From assembly GCA_013265495.1 (NCBI GenBank), contig MU058213.1, positions 620,001-684,000 on the forward strand: DNA of 64,000 bases. The letters are read 5' to 3'. A model generated the notes under the pieces. That model searched no databases. It was given only the letters and a program-made list of their open reading frames with translations, and was not told the origin of the DNA. The position numbers and the translations under genes are program-made. How positions within the stretch are numbered: the stretch's first letter is position 1; every line of letters starts with the position of its first letter. This document shows, one piece after another, positions 26,581-43,499 of the stretch. The DNA is from Vicugna vicugna (taxonomy: Eukaryota).

Positions 26581-28094
26581 TGGAACCTTTTATTAAACTT
26601 ACAACGTTTTAGAGCTGGAAGAGACCATAGAAATTATGTAGTTTAGCTACATCATTTTCCTGATGAGGAACTGAGACATAGAAATGTGAGATGCTTTGAT
26701 TGCACAGCTAATTTAGCCACAGATCCTGGACTAGACTTGAGATCTGTTTAGTTCATGCCTGTTTGTTTGTTTGTTTTTCTTTTATATGGGTTTAGTGAAA
26801 CCAGGTAGGAATTTTTCAACAGTGACAAACTGTAGTGTGAATCTGATAGGAAGCTTAACACTATTTTTTTTTATCTTGCAAGCTTTGTGCAGGAGTAGAG
26901 AAAATGAGAAGTGAAAAGAGAGGAGAAAGGATATTCCAGATAAGTTATATGCCATTCTGAATTATTATTTTTTAAATTTCTAAATTTTATTGAAATATAG
27001 TCAGCTTACAGTGTTGTGTCAATTTCTGGTGTACAGCATGTTTCAGTCATACATATATGCACATATATTCCTTTTCATCTTTTTTTAAAAATTGGAAACT
27101 CTCTAATCAAGCATGTGGTTGTCTCCATTTGATGAGGGTCCAGAGATGTTTTGTGTGGCCTTGCACAATGTGGCCCTCTTCAGACCCTCACCAGGGTTAG
27201 TTAGCTCAAAAATGACAGCAGTTCTGTTTGATGTATAGTCTGGGAAACTGTGGTGTGAGATGCCATAGACTCTACTAGGATGGACAAAAACTGTAAAATC
27301 AGTAATGTCAAGGTCTTGCATATCTTCATGATACATAATTGGTATCACATGGGCTAGTAAGCCGTTTTACAGAATCTTGCTCATCTGATTATATAGATAC
27401 TATTTCAGTGGCACAGCCCCTCTCCACTACCTCTGCAAACAAACCAGGAGCTGTAATAAAGCTGAAGTGTTTTTGTTTCTTCAGTCTGAGTGGGTTGAAA
27501 TCAGTTGCTTTCTTCATGTGTTGGCAGACCTGTGTGTTCATCCTAGGGTGAGGCTCCTGGGGGAATGCCTGGAAAGGAAAGTACCATATCTAGGAGTCAT
27601 CACTGTTGTTCCCACATGGTAGGTCAGGATGTGACCAGATTCTGAAAAAAAATTGAGGGTAAAGCTTGTCTTCTACAAAACGTGTTACTAGCAAGTAGTA
27701 TATGTCATTTACATGAATCCATTCAGTAGTTTTTAAGGTGCCTACTAAGTACCAGATACTATGCTCAGAAAATGTCAGTAAAGATACTTAGTCCCAAACT
27801 TTTTATTTTTTAAAATAAAGCTACAACAAAGAGGAAGGGAATGGTGCCCAAGAAAATGAAAGTTAGAGGATTTGAAGATCAGATGAGATGAGCTTGGGGA
27901 TGGATGGCAAAAGACAAGGGAAGGGGAGAGTGCTATTAGGAAAGAGAAGAGAAAGAAAGCTTAGTGGGATGGGGGCAATCTACTACAGTGTTCTAAGAAT
28001 ATGTGCTTTATTAGACCAGATTTTATTTATTTATTTACTATTTTGACCTTTTCTATACATCTGGTAAATACTCAGGGTTTTGTTGAATGAAAGT

Positions 28095-28466
28095 GTAATG
28101 GGTGGGTGTAAGAACTGAAGCTGTTTTAGTCAAAGCTGTTCAAAACATCTCGGTTCTCCATGCTTCAGGGCCATGTTGGGATTTCATTTCCCTACTGCCT
28201 TGAAGTAGATGTGACCATGTGACCTGCTTTGGTAAATAAAATGTGAATATAAGTGTGAATATAAGCTCATTTTTGGACAGAACCTTAGGCACTAGTGAGA
28301 TATTCCCACATCTTTCCTTCTGGCAATGAAAGGGTTGGTAGCTACTTAAAGAGTTCAGGTAACAGCTCTGTTGAACTTGTTGCATGAAAAGGATTTAAAA
28401 GTTTTTTAGGTCACCGAGATTTGGGGGTTGTTACTGTAACACTGTCTAGACTATCCTGACTATTAC
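28095..28466 (+). mobile_element. MaLR LTR (MLT1-like)
   Basis: TG...CA ends, with ccatgtgacctgctttgg and gagatttgggggttgttactg...atcctgactattaca. Confidence 0.65.
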
Positions 28467-29806
28467 AGAAATTTATATTCATTTTTGTTTGGGTGGAATC
28501 TTCAGATTTCCAAACATACTCGAAGAAGGCGGCTGCCCACATGTCTCCTGCTTATGTATTTGCTCCCGTGTTTCCTTACCGTTGGTTAGAAGAGGAGTTT
28601 TAGAAATGAGGGCTCAGGCAGGAGGAAGATAGGAGAGGGTTATTAAAATTATTTTAAAATTTCCAGCCATAAATTTGAGAAGGGATTGTGTTTAATATTT
28701 AGCGTATAGCAATTTCAATCACATTTCCCCCCATTCTGGGCATACGACCATAATAAGTGAGGAAAAAACCACTGAAGTAAAAGACTTGTACTGTGCTATC
28801 ATGGATCATAGACTTTTAGAATTAGAAGAATCTTTAGAAATTCTTAGACTAGTTTATCTGGTCTGTGAATTTCCAATATTCCAGTATGGGTACCTAGAGT
28901 AAATAGCAACTAGAAATGAACATCAAAATAAACATAATGATATTTATTTTATAATGGCTTTTTAAATGGTTGAAGTCCTTAATGTTAAAATGTATTTAGG
29001 CAAAGATTCAGGCAATTTAAGAACAGAAGTTAGGAGTAGAAGAAAAGTTTTTAAGAAACTGGATACTGTGCTAGAAGCTATGTCCATCTTTGAAAGTTTG
29101 TCTCCGAAGTTAACAGTACTTACTGATAGCAGGCAGAGCCTGTTAGGCTTTGGTGCTTAATTGTTAAGGTCCTCCCTTCTACCCCAGGTTCCCAAGATCA
29201 TTCGCTGACACAAGTTTGTACTTTGGGCCTCCCTGAGGTCTAAATCCTGAGAGGGGTCCCTGATAACTCTTAGGGCTACCCTGCATTAGGAGTAAGGGCT
29301 TTGCCAAGAATGTATATGAGCAAGCAGTTAAGCTGTATGTAGCCTTTGGCCTTCTCTGCCCTAGAAACGTAGTGGCTTTGATGGGAGCTTGAGAACATGA
29401 TCTTTGGAAAGGGTGAATTTGTTGTAACAACACCTCTCTGTGCCAGGGTTAGGAGACAGTCATAGGTGAATATAAGTAGAGCTCAACCTTTCCCTTCTCT
29501 CCAGAAGCAACTGGGTTTTGGCTGAGGAGATTTCAGGATGGGTGAATGCCAGTTAACTCAAATTACTCACTTGACCCTGGAGAAGAGCAAAATAGGCAAG
29601 AGCTGTTGGGGTGGGGGGAGGGGGGAAAGGCTGGGCGTGAGTGTGATCAGGCCAGATGACCCATGTCAGCGTTTAACCTGAGAAGCAGCAGAGTGGGAGG
29701 TGAAAGAGAAAACCAGATAGGTAGGTAACCTTTATGTTTAAGGCCCTCACCTCAAACTTTGCACATCCAGACTCCCTTTCTGACACTGGCTGAGTTGTTC
29801 CTAGAT

Positions 29807-29898
29807 AAGAAAGGAAAGAAAATCCAGTTTCTGTAGAAGAAAGGAAAGAAAATCCAGTTTCTGTAGAAGAAAGGAAAGAAAATCGAGTTTCTGTAGAA
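29807..29898. repeat. Minisatellite, 3 x 30 bp
   Basis: AAGAAAGGAAAGAAAATCCAGTTTCTGTAG x3; the third copy has one C>G. Confidence 0.95.
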
Positions 29899-32800
29899 TG
29901 TGGAGATGGGGCAGAGTGAAGTTATTCTACTGCCTTTTATTTCTCTCTGTTGCATTTTAAACTTTACTTCATGTGCTTACACTTGACTCAGAGTACCTGC
30001 ATTTCTTTTGGTGTGGGGGTAGGCTGAGTAGCAGAAGGTAGGAGGCAATTTAGGGAAAAATGGAGAGCTTGAGGTGACAGAGGTAGTTAATGCATTTTCA
30101 GGGAACTGCCTTATAAATGTTGGAAGCTGGTACCCAGCCTGGGCTACGTAAAGAGCTTTTACTTCCATTTATGGTGGATCACTGAAAGAAGACCAAAGAG
30201 CCAATTTCATTCTTATAATTTTCTGCACTTTGTTTTATTTACCAAATTGTTGTTAAAAAGAAAACATTCACCCAGCTAAGTAAAACTTACCTAAGATCTC
30301 TCTCAAAGCAACACAGTTATCAGCACTGAGGTTGGTAGGAATGGGTAATTTTTGGTGGTAAAGAAATTGGAAAGATGGTAGAAAGGGTCATTTTTTAGTT
30401 ACTATCCAGTCTTAGTTTTCCTTTTCTTCCCTTGAGGTATTTGGAAAGTGCAGAAGGAATGTAGAACCCCAGATCTTTCCTGAGTCTAAGCCTTGAACTT
30501 TGCTTTTATGAAGTTAAACATGAATGATAGTGGAGAAATGGTATAAATGAGACGTTTCTATAGGTCATTGATGTAGATGGAGGATGCACTGACCAGTAAT
30601 CTGCTAATCCATTTGAGTTGCACGTGCATTCTCTGATCAGGCTAAGGAGCTCCCTCCCTGATTGATATGAAAGATGGAGGTGATTGGAGAGGTCAGGATT
30701 TGGAATATAACTGCCAAAAGAGCCAAGGTGATAAGGAAGAAGCTGTTTTCATGGTCACTAAGGGGGAGTATGGGAGACCTGTGTCTTTTGATGGCTTCCA
30801 GAGGCACACATCTTGACCTCTCTCATTAGGTTAAATCCCCCAGTGTCTAGGGTCTCATAGCTTCCTGTACCATCCTGTACCACTTGTCCCCTTGGCATCT
30901 GCTTTTTCCTATTGTTAGCTTATTATTTTTTGTCTCCAGCCATGCTGTAAACTCTGTAAGGGCAGTGCTCAAGTTTTTACTTACCGTGTTATCCCCAGTG
31001 CTTAGTATATTGACAAGTACATAATATGTAATTTATCAAATATTTGCTGAATGGAGCGGGAAACATTTACTGGATCCAGTTTATCATGCAGAGGTATAAT
31101 ATTACTTACAACTTACTGAGTAACGTGGGCTTACTTTCCAAGCTCCTAGATGAAAAGGTGCTAAATAGCTTTTGCTGCAGTGGATACTGAAGGACTTTGA
31201 AGAGCACTACTCACAGAGCAATGAGGCAGATCACTGGGCAAGCACTGTTGTAAATAATAGGATCTCCCCCCACCCCTACAATTTCTTATTGGTACAATCC
31301 TCACTGTCTAGTGGAATTACAGTTTTATTGATAACTACCTTTGGTTTGGTCTCATATTTCTTGTAAAATCTGCTCAAGGCTTTCAATATAGTCATCATCT
31401 GAATCTGTAATGAGGACTCTGCAGTTCTCAGCCTAGGCACAAGCTCCTACCCTCCCTAAGATGAATTTTTACCCGCTCTTTACCCCTGTAAGTGCTAACC
31501 AGTCACTGAGATTTCTGAAAGGGCATTCTTATCCTTACAGTTGTTTCTGGTCTATAGTGCTTCCTTGTCTCACTAACACTGAAAGGTCTTGAGTAGAGAC
31601 CTCTCTTATAATCTGGCTGTAATTCCTACTATCGTGTTATTTTCTCAGATAATAGTGGTGCGTTTTGGATAAAGCGTTATTTATTCTTGACTATGATTAC
31701 TCTGTTAGTGAACTAGAAGCCTAAGGGAGTACTTAGAAGTTTTACTCTTCTTATGTCAAGTCTGTTAAACTGACATAAAAATGTACATTGATCAAAAACT
31801 TACAACTTGACTGAGCTTTAAGGAATTGTTTACATTAGGGCAAGGAAGTAGGTGTGAACATTCTATCATGTGGAGACTAGAAATGTAAAATTTCAGAGAT
31901 ACTGGACAGCCTTTGAAAAATACTGATTTTTTTCTGGGATATTTGGTAGAGAACAGGAAATATCAAGATATATCCAAATAGAAAAAATTGGAGTTGGGGG
32001 AGGCACATATTATTAATTAAAGCCCTTTAAAAATCTGAAGCATTTTTTAACCCAAAAGTTTATTTGCAAACGTTAATTTAACTTTTAAGTGTTTTACTAC
32101 AAATAGACTAAGCTACAGAATTTTTAGGATTGTGCTTGTTTTTTGTTTTTGTTTTTGTTTTTCTGATTTCTGAGAAGCAGATGAAATAACATGCAGAAGA
32201 AACCCATCTCTGTCATAGTAAAACAGAGCTATTAAGCTATTAACATTCCTCATGATGTTAAGTAGACACAAGAAATGCTCATATTTATTAAAAGAACTCA
32301 TGGGTTGTAAATGACAACTTTTATTAAATAAACTGTTGCCATAAGGATCATTTATCTATTTAGTCTCTGAGTTATTTGTATCAGTTTCTTGTTCTGAGAA
32401 TTGAAGATTTGCTCAAATTGAGGCAAATGCTGTTATCTTATTTAATTTTTTAGAGTCTTATATTTCTGCATGTGAAGTATATAGAATAAGAGTGAAGCAG
32501 GTAGGAAATAAAGGCAGATATCTGTGTTGTACAAATGCTTTGCGACTGCAAAAGAGCTGATGTGTTTGAGTCCTAACAGTTCTTAAGCCACACCTGAAGA
32601 TGACTGAAAGTTCTTGTTTCTTCAGGTTCAGAATGAACTGCTTTATTTCATAGTCTGATACAGTTTCTTCTTGCCTTCAAAGGATTAGCTCTTTGAACAA
32701 AGGACTATTGCAGCTGCCCTGCTTGCAATCCCTCCAGACCCATTCAGCAAATAACACTGTATATATACTTATACCAGTTTTCAGTAACAGGAAGCCTTTC

Positions 32801-34397
32801 CATTTAAGGGCTAGGCTGTATTACAAGCTAATAGGTATATACATTTAAATGAGCTACTACCCTGGCCTAGTTGCCTCAGAAACAGGAGATGAACACTCTC
32901 CCTTAGTGGCTTTCAAGATATAGCCCCTCCATCTACAACAGTTACTCCCACATAGCATCCCTAAGGCCCACCCACCTCCTTAGTTCTTAGCTTTACTGCA
33001 ATACCACCTTATCAGAGAGGCATTTCCTAACCACCCTCCCCATCCCGTCTCTGTTTTATTTTTCCACACCACTTAACTGCCAGCTAATATCGATATGTTT
33101 TGCTTTTTTGTCTGCCTGTATTCCCCGACTATGTGAGCTCTCCGTATACATACCACTTAAATCTACAAGAGTCTAATGATTTGTCATACTTCTTTTTTAA
33201 AAGAAATAACACATTAAAGATACAGTGGAAACATACTGTGTAACCCTATCTTGATTCTTATCCCTTCCTTCATTCCTCAAGGTAACTATTATCATGAATT
33301 GTTATTTATCAACTTAAATTTTTTATACTTTTGCTACATATGTATGCCCCCTGAAATAGCATTATTTTGCATTTTTATCCACCTGATACACCTGGTTTCA
33401 GCATCCACATTTCTATCTGCAGTTTGCTTTTGAAATGTAGTGTATATTTGGTGATTTTGACATTTCTGTTCATTTTTACTATTATATAGTAAGTGGTTCA
33501 CTATATGAATATAACTCATTCTCTTTTTGATGAAGGTTTAAGCTGTTTTTGATATTTTGCCATTATAAAAAAAATGAACATTTGTATGTTCATTTGCAAG
33601 CATTTCTTTAGGGAGTTTTCCTTGAAGAAAATGCCAAGTCATAGGTATGATATTTATTCACTTATGCATTTATGTATGCCAAATTGCTCTTTGATGTTCT
33701 GTTACTAATTTAAACTCCCACAGATACTGTATGAAAGTTCTTGTTTTTCCACATTCCTCCCCAGACTTGATAGGAACAGTTAAGACTCTTTTAAAATGTT
33801 TTTCCAATCTGAAATGTTTTCTTTATGAAGTAATTTGATTTTTCTGATTATCAGTGAAGTCAAACATCTTTTCATAGGTTTATTCACTGTTTAAGTTCAC
33901 TTCTTTGTAAATTTAAGAACATGCTTGGCATATTTCTTCTTTGTACAGCTAGATTTTTGTTCATGAGATACTGACAGGCAGAGTTCATCAGTAAACATGT
34001 TCTTTAACGAACTAACACATCGCAGGTTTATAATTTTTTAAGAGACATGTTACTAATGTTTTACCCCTCAAAAAATTCTAAAGAATTCCATAAAAATATT
34101 AGGAACCTTCCTTTGCACCTTGACATTTAAGAAATTATACAACCTAATGACCTAAATAATATAAAGATCTAGTGTGGTAGGCTCTGGAATCTGAGCCAAC
34201 ACATGCGAATTGCTTACAACATGGATAGCTATTTTTGATTGAGAGTGGTCTTTCTATTTAGTGACTATAAATAAATAAGTTTAATGTACCAGTAGTAGCC
34301 TATAGCTAAACGCCCAGTTTGTGTCATTTTACAAAGTTGTGTAAAAGAGCATTTCCTACAGTGGTGACTCTTTGCCTTCTTTTTTCTCATCCCCCAG

Positions 34398-35611
<1,214 letters not shown>

Positions 35612-35827
35612 TAAACTGATACACATTAGGGGTAGGTATTTATATTTCCTTTGTGTGTTGTGGCAGAATTTTTAGTTAATTGTATTAAATTTTACATAGT
35701 ACCTTTTTTTCATTCACAATCTCTCTGTGTTTAAAATGAAGGTGGAGTGGGAGCCTAATTAAATACAAATTCCTAAAACTGTATGCTTCTTTATTATGAC
35801 TGAAATTCTCCCTTATGTTAAAGTAGG

Positions 35828-35976
35828 GAAAGGGAGGGTATAGCTCAAAGATAGGGTGTGTGCTTAGCATGCAAAAGGTCCTGGATTCAATTCCTAGCAC
35901 CTCCATTAGAATGAATGAACGAACAAACAAACAAACAAACCTAACCACCACCACCACCCCCCCCGCAAATAAAATT
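35828..35976 (+). mobile_element. tRNA-derived SINE (Vic-1-like) in MAPK6 intron 2
   Basis: gggagggtatagctcaaagatag...gcttagcatgcaaaaggtcctggattcaattcc, flanked by an aaagtagg direct repeat. Confidence 0.88.
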
Positions 35977-37089
35977 TTAAAAGTAGGTTATATTCTAATT
36001 TGTTTAGAGCAGAAAGTGGTACTCTCTGAAGGTAATAGGGGATTCTGTTTATACTTTTATGCCTTTTTTATGTCCATTTGAATTATTGTGTTATGCCTTG
36101 TTTAGGCAAACTTCATTTAGTTTGAAGTCTTATTTGCATAAAGATAAAATAGGCAAGAAGGATAGCCAAAAGGATTCATAGTAAGTTTGCCTTAGATAAC
36201 AGCTTGCCTTTATATAAGGAGTTAATACTATTTTCTGAGCCGAACTCTGGTCTTTTCGATTTCAGATGAAATCATATGTGAGTCTGTGATGGTTACAATA
36301 TAAAAATGGACCTGCTTTGGTTGTAAAGCATCTCTAGGAGCTGTGCTTGCTTGGCTTCCCATGGCACATGTCTGAAACAAATCTTTTCATTCACATGTAT
36401 CATCTCGCATTGAATATAACAATATTTTTAAAAACTAGCTTAGAAACTGAGTACCAAAATTAAATAGATGATCACGTCCTTTTTATGGATAGCAGTGAAG
36501 TATTGTGGATAGAACACTGAACTAGGAGTTACAGTATCTAAAATTGAGTTCCGTCTCTATACCCAACTAAGCTATCTGACCTTGAGCAGATTCTCTAATC
36601 TCAGTGTTAATATCTACTGTCACAATCTCACAATTTTGAGGATGAAATAAGGCAGTATATGTATAACTGTTTTTGTCAAATACTTCATAAATGTAAAGTA
36701 GTAAAACTGATTAGGAATGGAGTATGTAGTAAAGACAAGTCCCCTGGGTTGTCAGTTAGGAGGCTGGCACTGCTTTGTGAATAGTACCTCTTACCTTTCT
36801 CTTATTGATTTAAAGCATACCTGCTCCTTAATTAATTTGAGACTGGAAGTGAAAAATAACTCCTTTTCTGAAACATGTCTTAAATATGTGGTCTAGAGTT
36901 AACACTAAATCCTTACAGTATACTTTGGTCAACAGACTTCATATGAACATCATTTTATACATGGTACATTCTAAGGGGAGTTGAACCTCCATTCGGCCCC
37001 AGAAGTACCAAGAGCCTTGAAAATAGGCATAGAAACCAACACTATTAGTGGTTTTAGGATTTCACAATTATGGCTTGTTTTTAAACTAA

Positions 37090-37320
<231 letters not shown>

Positions 37321-38139
37321 TAAAATATATGGGGGAAAAATTATCCCAGAGAGAAGTAATTTTGCATGTTATTTATGGAGCAAGATATATATATAAGATT
37401 TAAAACAATTTATTGTAGTCTAGAATATTAAAGTGAAAAGATAAAGTGGTATTTTTAATATTTAAAAATTGAGAAAACTTATTCACATATTCACTGAATT
37501 GTTCTCTCAATGAATGTAGTCAAAATTCTAGTGTTCTTTTGTATATATCTTATTTCTTAAACATAAATTTGTATATTGTAGACCCATAATACTTGTTAGT
37601 TATCTGTGTTAAGTGATACCCAAGTGGCCTGGTTCTGTCAGAGTTTGTCACTTCCTGGTGAAATTTTTTAGCTGTTGTTGAAAATGTAATAATTCTTCCT
37701 TTGTCCCTTGTCAATCCTGTTGCTTGAACTGCCGTATCCTATTGCCTGACTACTGGGACGTTTTAGAAACAACCAAGTTTTTTGCTGCGTTTGGTGCTAT
37801 GAGAGAGTCTAAAGAAGTATGTGAGAGAGAATTTAGTTAAGATGGATTTAAAAAAAACCCTCTAAATAACATAATTTTTATCTTAAAACCCTTGCAAACT
37901 TTAAACATTTAACTAAAGGAAATTGTTTGTGAAATGATTTGAAAAAGTTCCAGTTGTAGTTCCCTTCTGAAGCCTTTTGGGTAGGTTTGTGAACCATTCA
38001 GTAGACGCAGCATGAGGGAGAGCCAAGTGTTTTATTATTACAGGCCTCAAATTAACAGCAATAAAAGGCGAGGGCTAAGCATTCATTGGTAACCTGTGTA
38101 TTTTTAACCTGTAGTTAATGTTCTGGCCTTAAATTTTGT

Positions 38140-39050
38140 CTTACTTAGTAACTCCACTTGGATGTCTAATTACATCTGAAATTTAACCTACCCCAAACTG
38201 AACTCCTGATATTTCTCCTTCATGCTTTTTCTTTATGCTGTCTTCCTTATCTTAGTAAACCAGATCCACTTAGTTGCTCAGGCCAGAATCTTGGCATCTT
38301 CCATTTCTCTTGTATAAATCTTGCAGAGTCTTTCTGCAAAATATATCCTGAATCTAACCGCTTGTTAGTATCTCTGTCCCTGCCTGTCTCCTCTTCTCAG
38401 TTCAGTAAACCATTATACCTCTCCTGGTTTCTTGTACGACCTTCTAACTGGCTTTCCTGCTTACCTTTGCTGTCTGTGGTCTAGTTACCACATAGCAGCC
38501 ATAGTAGTTCTCTTAAAACATTAATCAGATTATGTCATTTCTCTGTTCAAAACTCTATAATGGCTTCTTATCAAATTCAGGATAAAGCAAACCCTTTGTG
38601 TTCTGGTGCCACTCTGATCTCATCTCCTGTCTCTTCCCCAAGCCACTCTACCTCAGCTACACTTGCCCAATTATTGTTTCTTGGACACACCAAGCCCCTT
38701 CTCTCCTCTTGGCCTTTGGGCCTTTTCTCATCTTCCTAGAACTCCCTTCCTCTGTGTAAATGTGTGATGTGTTCCCTAACTTCCTTAATTTTCAGCTTCT
38801 CAGTGAGGCTTTTCTTGGTGATCCTCTGTAAACTAACAGCCCTACCCCCAGCATGCTCTCTCTCCCTCTTAGCTTTTTTTTCTTCACAGTATTTGTCACC
38901 ATTTGACATAAATGTTTGCAGTTACTGTCTTCCTCCACTAGATTGTGAGCTCCATCAATTGGGAACTTGGTCTATTTTGTTTTTTCACAGCTGTATTCTA
39001 TAGTGCCTTGCTCATAGTAGGCACTCTGAAAATTTGAATGTTGAATGAAT
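38140..39050. mobile_element. L2 LINE fragment in intron 3
   Basis: ccacttggatgtctaat...ccactagattgtgagctccat...atagtaggcactc...ttgaatgaat. Confidence 0.75.
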
Positions 39051-39624
39051 TTCTAGAAATCAGTAGAAAAGTAAACTGAACAGTTTTTTCTAAATTTTAG
39101 TTGCCCATTTAGCTTAAAATTTCCCTTTTATTTCTTTAATAGTGGTCCTGAAATGTTAACTGAGCCTAACACATACCTATAAAACTGTTCCACAAATCAA
39201 GTCCAAGCCTCTATTTTATTGATAGTGAAATCAACTCATCACCATGTTGAGTATTCTCAAATTTATAGTGAGTTAATTAGTGGTACAGTTAAGACTAGTA
39301 TCCAGGTCTTTTAAATCCCAGTTAATTGTTTTTTTCACTACTTTTGTGATACCTTAATATGAGGCCAGACTACAGGTCAGTTTCTTATGGAAACAAAGCA
39401 GCTGAAACAAACATATCAGTGAGCAGAAATTGAAATAGATACGTTTTTTGAGCTGATTGAAGGTATTCAAAGCAATGAAAGCTGCTGATTAATGATTCAG
39501 TTAAAACTATATTCCCCCCAGCAGTCATTACAATATTTATCTTCCTTAGCTTTAGAGTGTTTATTGCCAAATAAGTAAGCATTGAGAAATGTGTTTATTT
39601 ATGTTGTATTTGGTGTTTTTTTAA

Positions 39625-39816
<192 letters not shown>

Positions 39817-40364
39817 TAACCATCATGTAATGGTGTGTTTGTGTGTAAGTGGGATCTGTGTAGGGAAGCTTTAGCTTTTTACTCTTTATATGCAGCATTC
39901 TCCCAAGTAGTCTTCAGACCCTTAAGCCATGCCTAAAGCTTCAGATTTTGCATTCCCTTTTCTGGCCTGGCATTTAGGCTGGGATCTGTGTCTTTGCTCT
40001 GAATAATTTTCCAGATTCTAGAAATTATACCTCTCCCTCCTGGTTCTAACTCCATCTACTTTTCCAGCTTACACCTCGGATTGTCTACTATAGGTAAGCA
40101 TATTGAATCACTGGCTCTCACTAAGCTGGAATGGGGTTCTGTGGGGGTTATATGGTAAGTGTGGGTATGAATACGAACGTGATTTAGCTATGAAAGAGTG
40201 AATTGAGTGAGGGAAAATCGAAGGTTTCAGGACAAGGAAGAGGTGGAAGAAAGATCGAAACTCCACATGAGCAAACTTGTTAACATAAAAGTTTGAGGAT
40301 TGGTATTAGGAATATTAGGTGCTAAATGTGAGAGTTTGTGCAAACTTGAAAGTAGTAGGAACTT

Positions 40365-40497
40365 GGAGAGGAGAGGGTATAGCTCAAATGGTAGAGTGCA
40401 TATTTAGCATGCACAAGGTCCTGGATTCAATCCCCAGTACTGCCTCTAAAAATAAATACACCTAATTACCTCCACCCCCCCAAAAAAAACTTAAAAA
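40365..40497 (+). mobile_element. tRNA-derived SINE (Vic-1-like) in MAPK6 intron 4
   Basis: gagggtatagctcaaatggtagagtgcatatttagcatgcacaaggtcctggattcaatccccagtac followed by an A-rich tail. Confidence 0.9.
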
Positions 40498-41688
40498 GAG
40501 AGTAAAAACTCAGTTGACCATTAAAGCAGATAATTTCATATCTCAAAATAGACATATCTTTAGGACTTCTTGATACAAATAAGATACAAAAGTCTAACTC
40601 TTGTAGTAGTTATCTGTAATAAGATGACATTTTTTTTTTAGAAGAAGAGCATTAGACATGAAAAATATCTGTCTTAAAAGTTGATTGTGTCTTATATCTT
40701 TAGGAATTATACTGTATTTAGCTACATCCCTGCCAGGATTGTATGGTTCTTTCATGAATCACAAAGTTAGGGGAATTTAGTTTCCTAAACATTTTAAACC
40801 TTTTCTCTTATTTATACATACATTATTTGCATCACCCACTCTTCTCATTGTACATGGTGCAGGTTAGTGTATATCTAAATATTTTGAAGTAGCAAGTGTT
40901 TTGAGAAATAGGCACCGAATGGCAAAACCGTGATGACATTATCTTTTTATTCCCCCCTCACATATGCCTGGAACTCATATAGTAAATGCCTGAATGAAAA
41001 GGAAGCAACTGTATTTAATTTCAACCAGTTTTGCAAGCTTCCTTTTCAATAGGTCTCCATTTCTAACCAGTCTTTTGGACTATCTTCACAATCAGTGAAT
41101 ACGCTGATGGCTTTCTTGCTCCTAACCTTGTAGCCACTGTCATGACATCCCTTTTCATAACTGAGCAGCAGTCACATAGCACTTGACTATACCTCAGAGC
41201 ATCTGTGGGAGCTCTTTAAAAATGCAGATTATTAAATCAGAATCTAGAGGTGGGATAGGGAGGACCCTCTACAGGTATGACCCTGCTTAGCCAAGTTGAG
41301 AGTGCTCAGGGATAACCTGGTTGGCTTTGGAGTCATTGTCACCGTTGCTGGGTCTTATCAAAAGAGGCAAGCTAGTGATAGAGGACATTGCTGTTGAGGC
41401 ATTTGTGATCTGATTACACTGAATCATCTTTTTCTCTACCCTCATTGGGGTGAGGACCATGACTTAGTCATCTGAGAGCCAATCCAGATATTTGGCTGAT
41501 GGCTGGGATTTGTTCATAATGTGTTGAATGAATGTCTTTAGTAATAGACTCATTAAATTAACCATTGAGCAAAGATCCTTGGTGTTCACAGGCAGCAGAA
41601 CTGTGCTCACATGCAAGTGAAATGCAGATGTTTAAAGTTCCTGAGACTAAAGATTTATTACATAGATCTGCTCTACAACCAATTTCTT

Positions 41689-41794
41689 AATCAATTAATG
41701 GAGATACTGGGGGATTGAACCCAGAAACTCATGCATGCTAGGCGTGCACTCTACCACTGTGCTATACCACCCCCCCTCACCCCCACCCCCCAAC
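41689..41794 (-). mobile_element. tRNA-derived SINE (Vic-1-like) in MAPK6 intron 4, short tail
   Basis: Minus-strand consensus. TSD ACCAATTTCTT at 41678-41688 and 41795-41805. Confidence 0.88.
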
Positions 41795-43271
41795 ACCAAT
41801 TTCTTCTTGATAAACACTGTAGTTTTATTTTTGGGCAGAGTACCTTCTGAGGCAAAGAATAATACATGTTGTTTTCTCATATTCTATTCATGATCTTCAG
41901 AAGGAGAAAGCAAACAAGATTAAGTACATATGAATTAACACATTAAGACTCCTAGGAACCCTACTCTGGTTAGTGTCTTTAGATGAATACCCTTTTTTTT
42001 TTAAATTTCCCTCCATGCTTTTCATCCTTCCTTTCTCTATAGTTTACCACTTATTTCCGTATCTTAGCATACTTCAGTGCCATTGTAGTAAATAGGCCAA
42101 TTTCCTCTAGAGCAGTGCTGTCTAGTAGAATTTTCAGCAAAGATGGAGATGTTCTATATTTGCATATACTTGGGAGCTCAGCCTGACTACTTTCTTTATT
42201 ACCTTTGCCTTTTTCTACCTGCTGCCTACAGTGTCCAAATGTTAGGGATTTTAGAGGAAATTCCTCATGTGTAACTAGATATGTATCCTCCATCCCTCTG
42301 AGAATTGTGATTGTGCTGGGTCAGCCATCCATAACTGTGCCTTAGACCAGGGCCCATGTGTCTCAAGGCAAGGGATACTCTAAGACTGACACTTTTGCAG
42401 GAGAACCAAGAACAGCTTGATACATAATGAAATGACTTCCTAGATTGGGGTAGTATAATCGGAGTGGGAAAAGGGGGAGCAAAGGAAGGAACCTCAGCCC
42501 TGGGACACTGACAGGTATGAATAACAGTGAGCTTTGGGTTTCTTCTCTTTATTACTTTACTGGACTGATTTGAGGATTGAATGAGATAATGTATGTCAAA
42601 GCACTTTGTAAAATATAAATGGCTATAAAAATGTCAGCTATTTTTCATGTTAATAAGATATTGGGAATTGAGAATAGGGTCTTTCTAGAGTACAGATTGT
42701 TTTAGAGAGAAAGGCTAGCTAGCTTTTCCTTTGAGACAGAAGGTAAGGATAAATAGATGTGTGACAGACCATAGTAAAGAAATAGGGATTGAGATAAACG
42801 TGAAGTGGGTTTATCTGTTGAGAATGATACAGAAGATTGAGAGCACAGATAGATGGTGTGGAACATTGCTGAGCAATAGCAAAGACCAAATGGAAATTCC
42901 ACAGTATGAATTTGTAGTGAGCCAGATAGACATGCGATTTTGCATCTAGCTTTCATCTGTACTCTATGGCTAGGGAACAGAGAAAGTGGAAGGTGGAAAT
43001 GATTCAGTTGCAGATTGGTGTAAATCATAAGGCATACAAGTGTGTGGTGGTGTGGTGGTATAGGGCTGGTGACACTGTGCCAGTGTAGTTCAGGCTGGGT
43101 AAGGAGCTTAGCCTGAAAGAATATTTACAAAGTGTGTTGGACACATCGTCTTTTCTTTTTAATCTACAAATCAAGCAAATTAGTTTTATTTCTCTGACAC
43201 ATTTAACTTACTTTTTAATTGTATAATCCCCTTTTTCCCTTTATGGGTTGGTGGACCTCTGGTATATTTAA

Positions 43272-43499
<228 letters not shown>

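Noticed and set aside
29807..29898. CRISPR-like repeat
   Set aside because: Contiguous units without unique spacers in mammalian DNA; a simple minisatellite.
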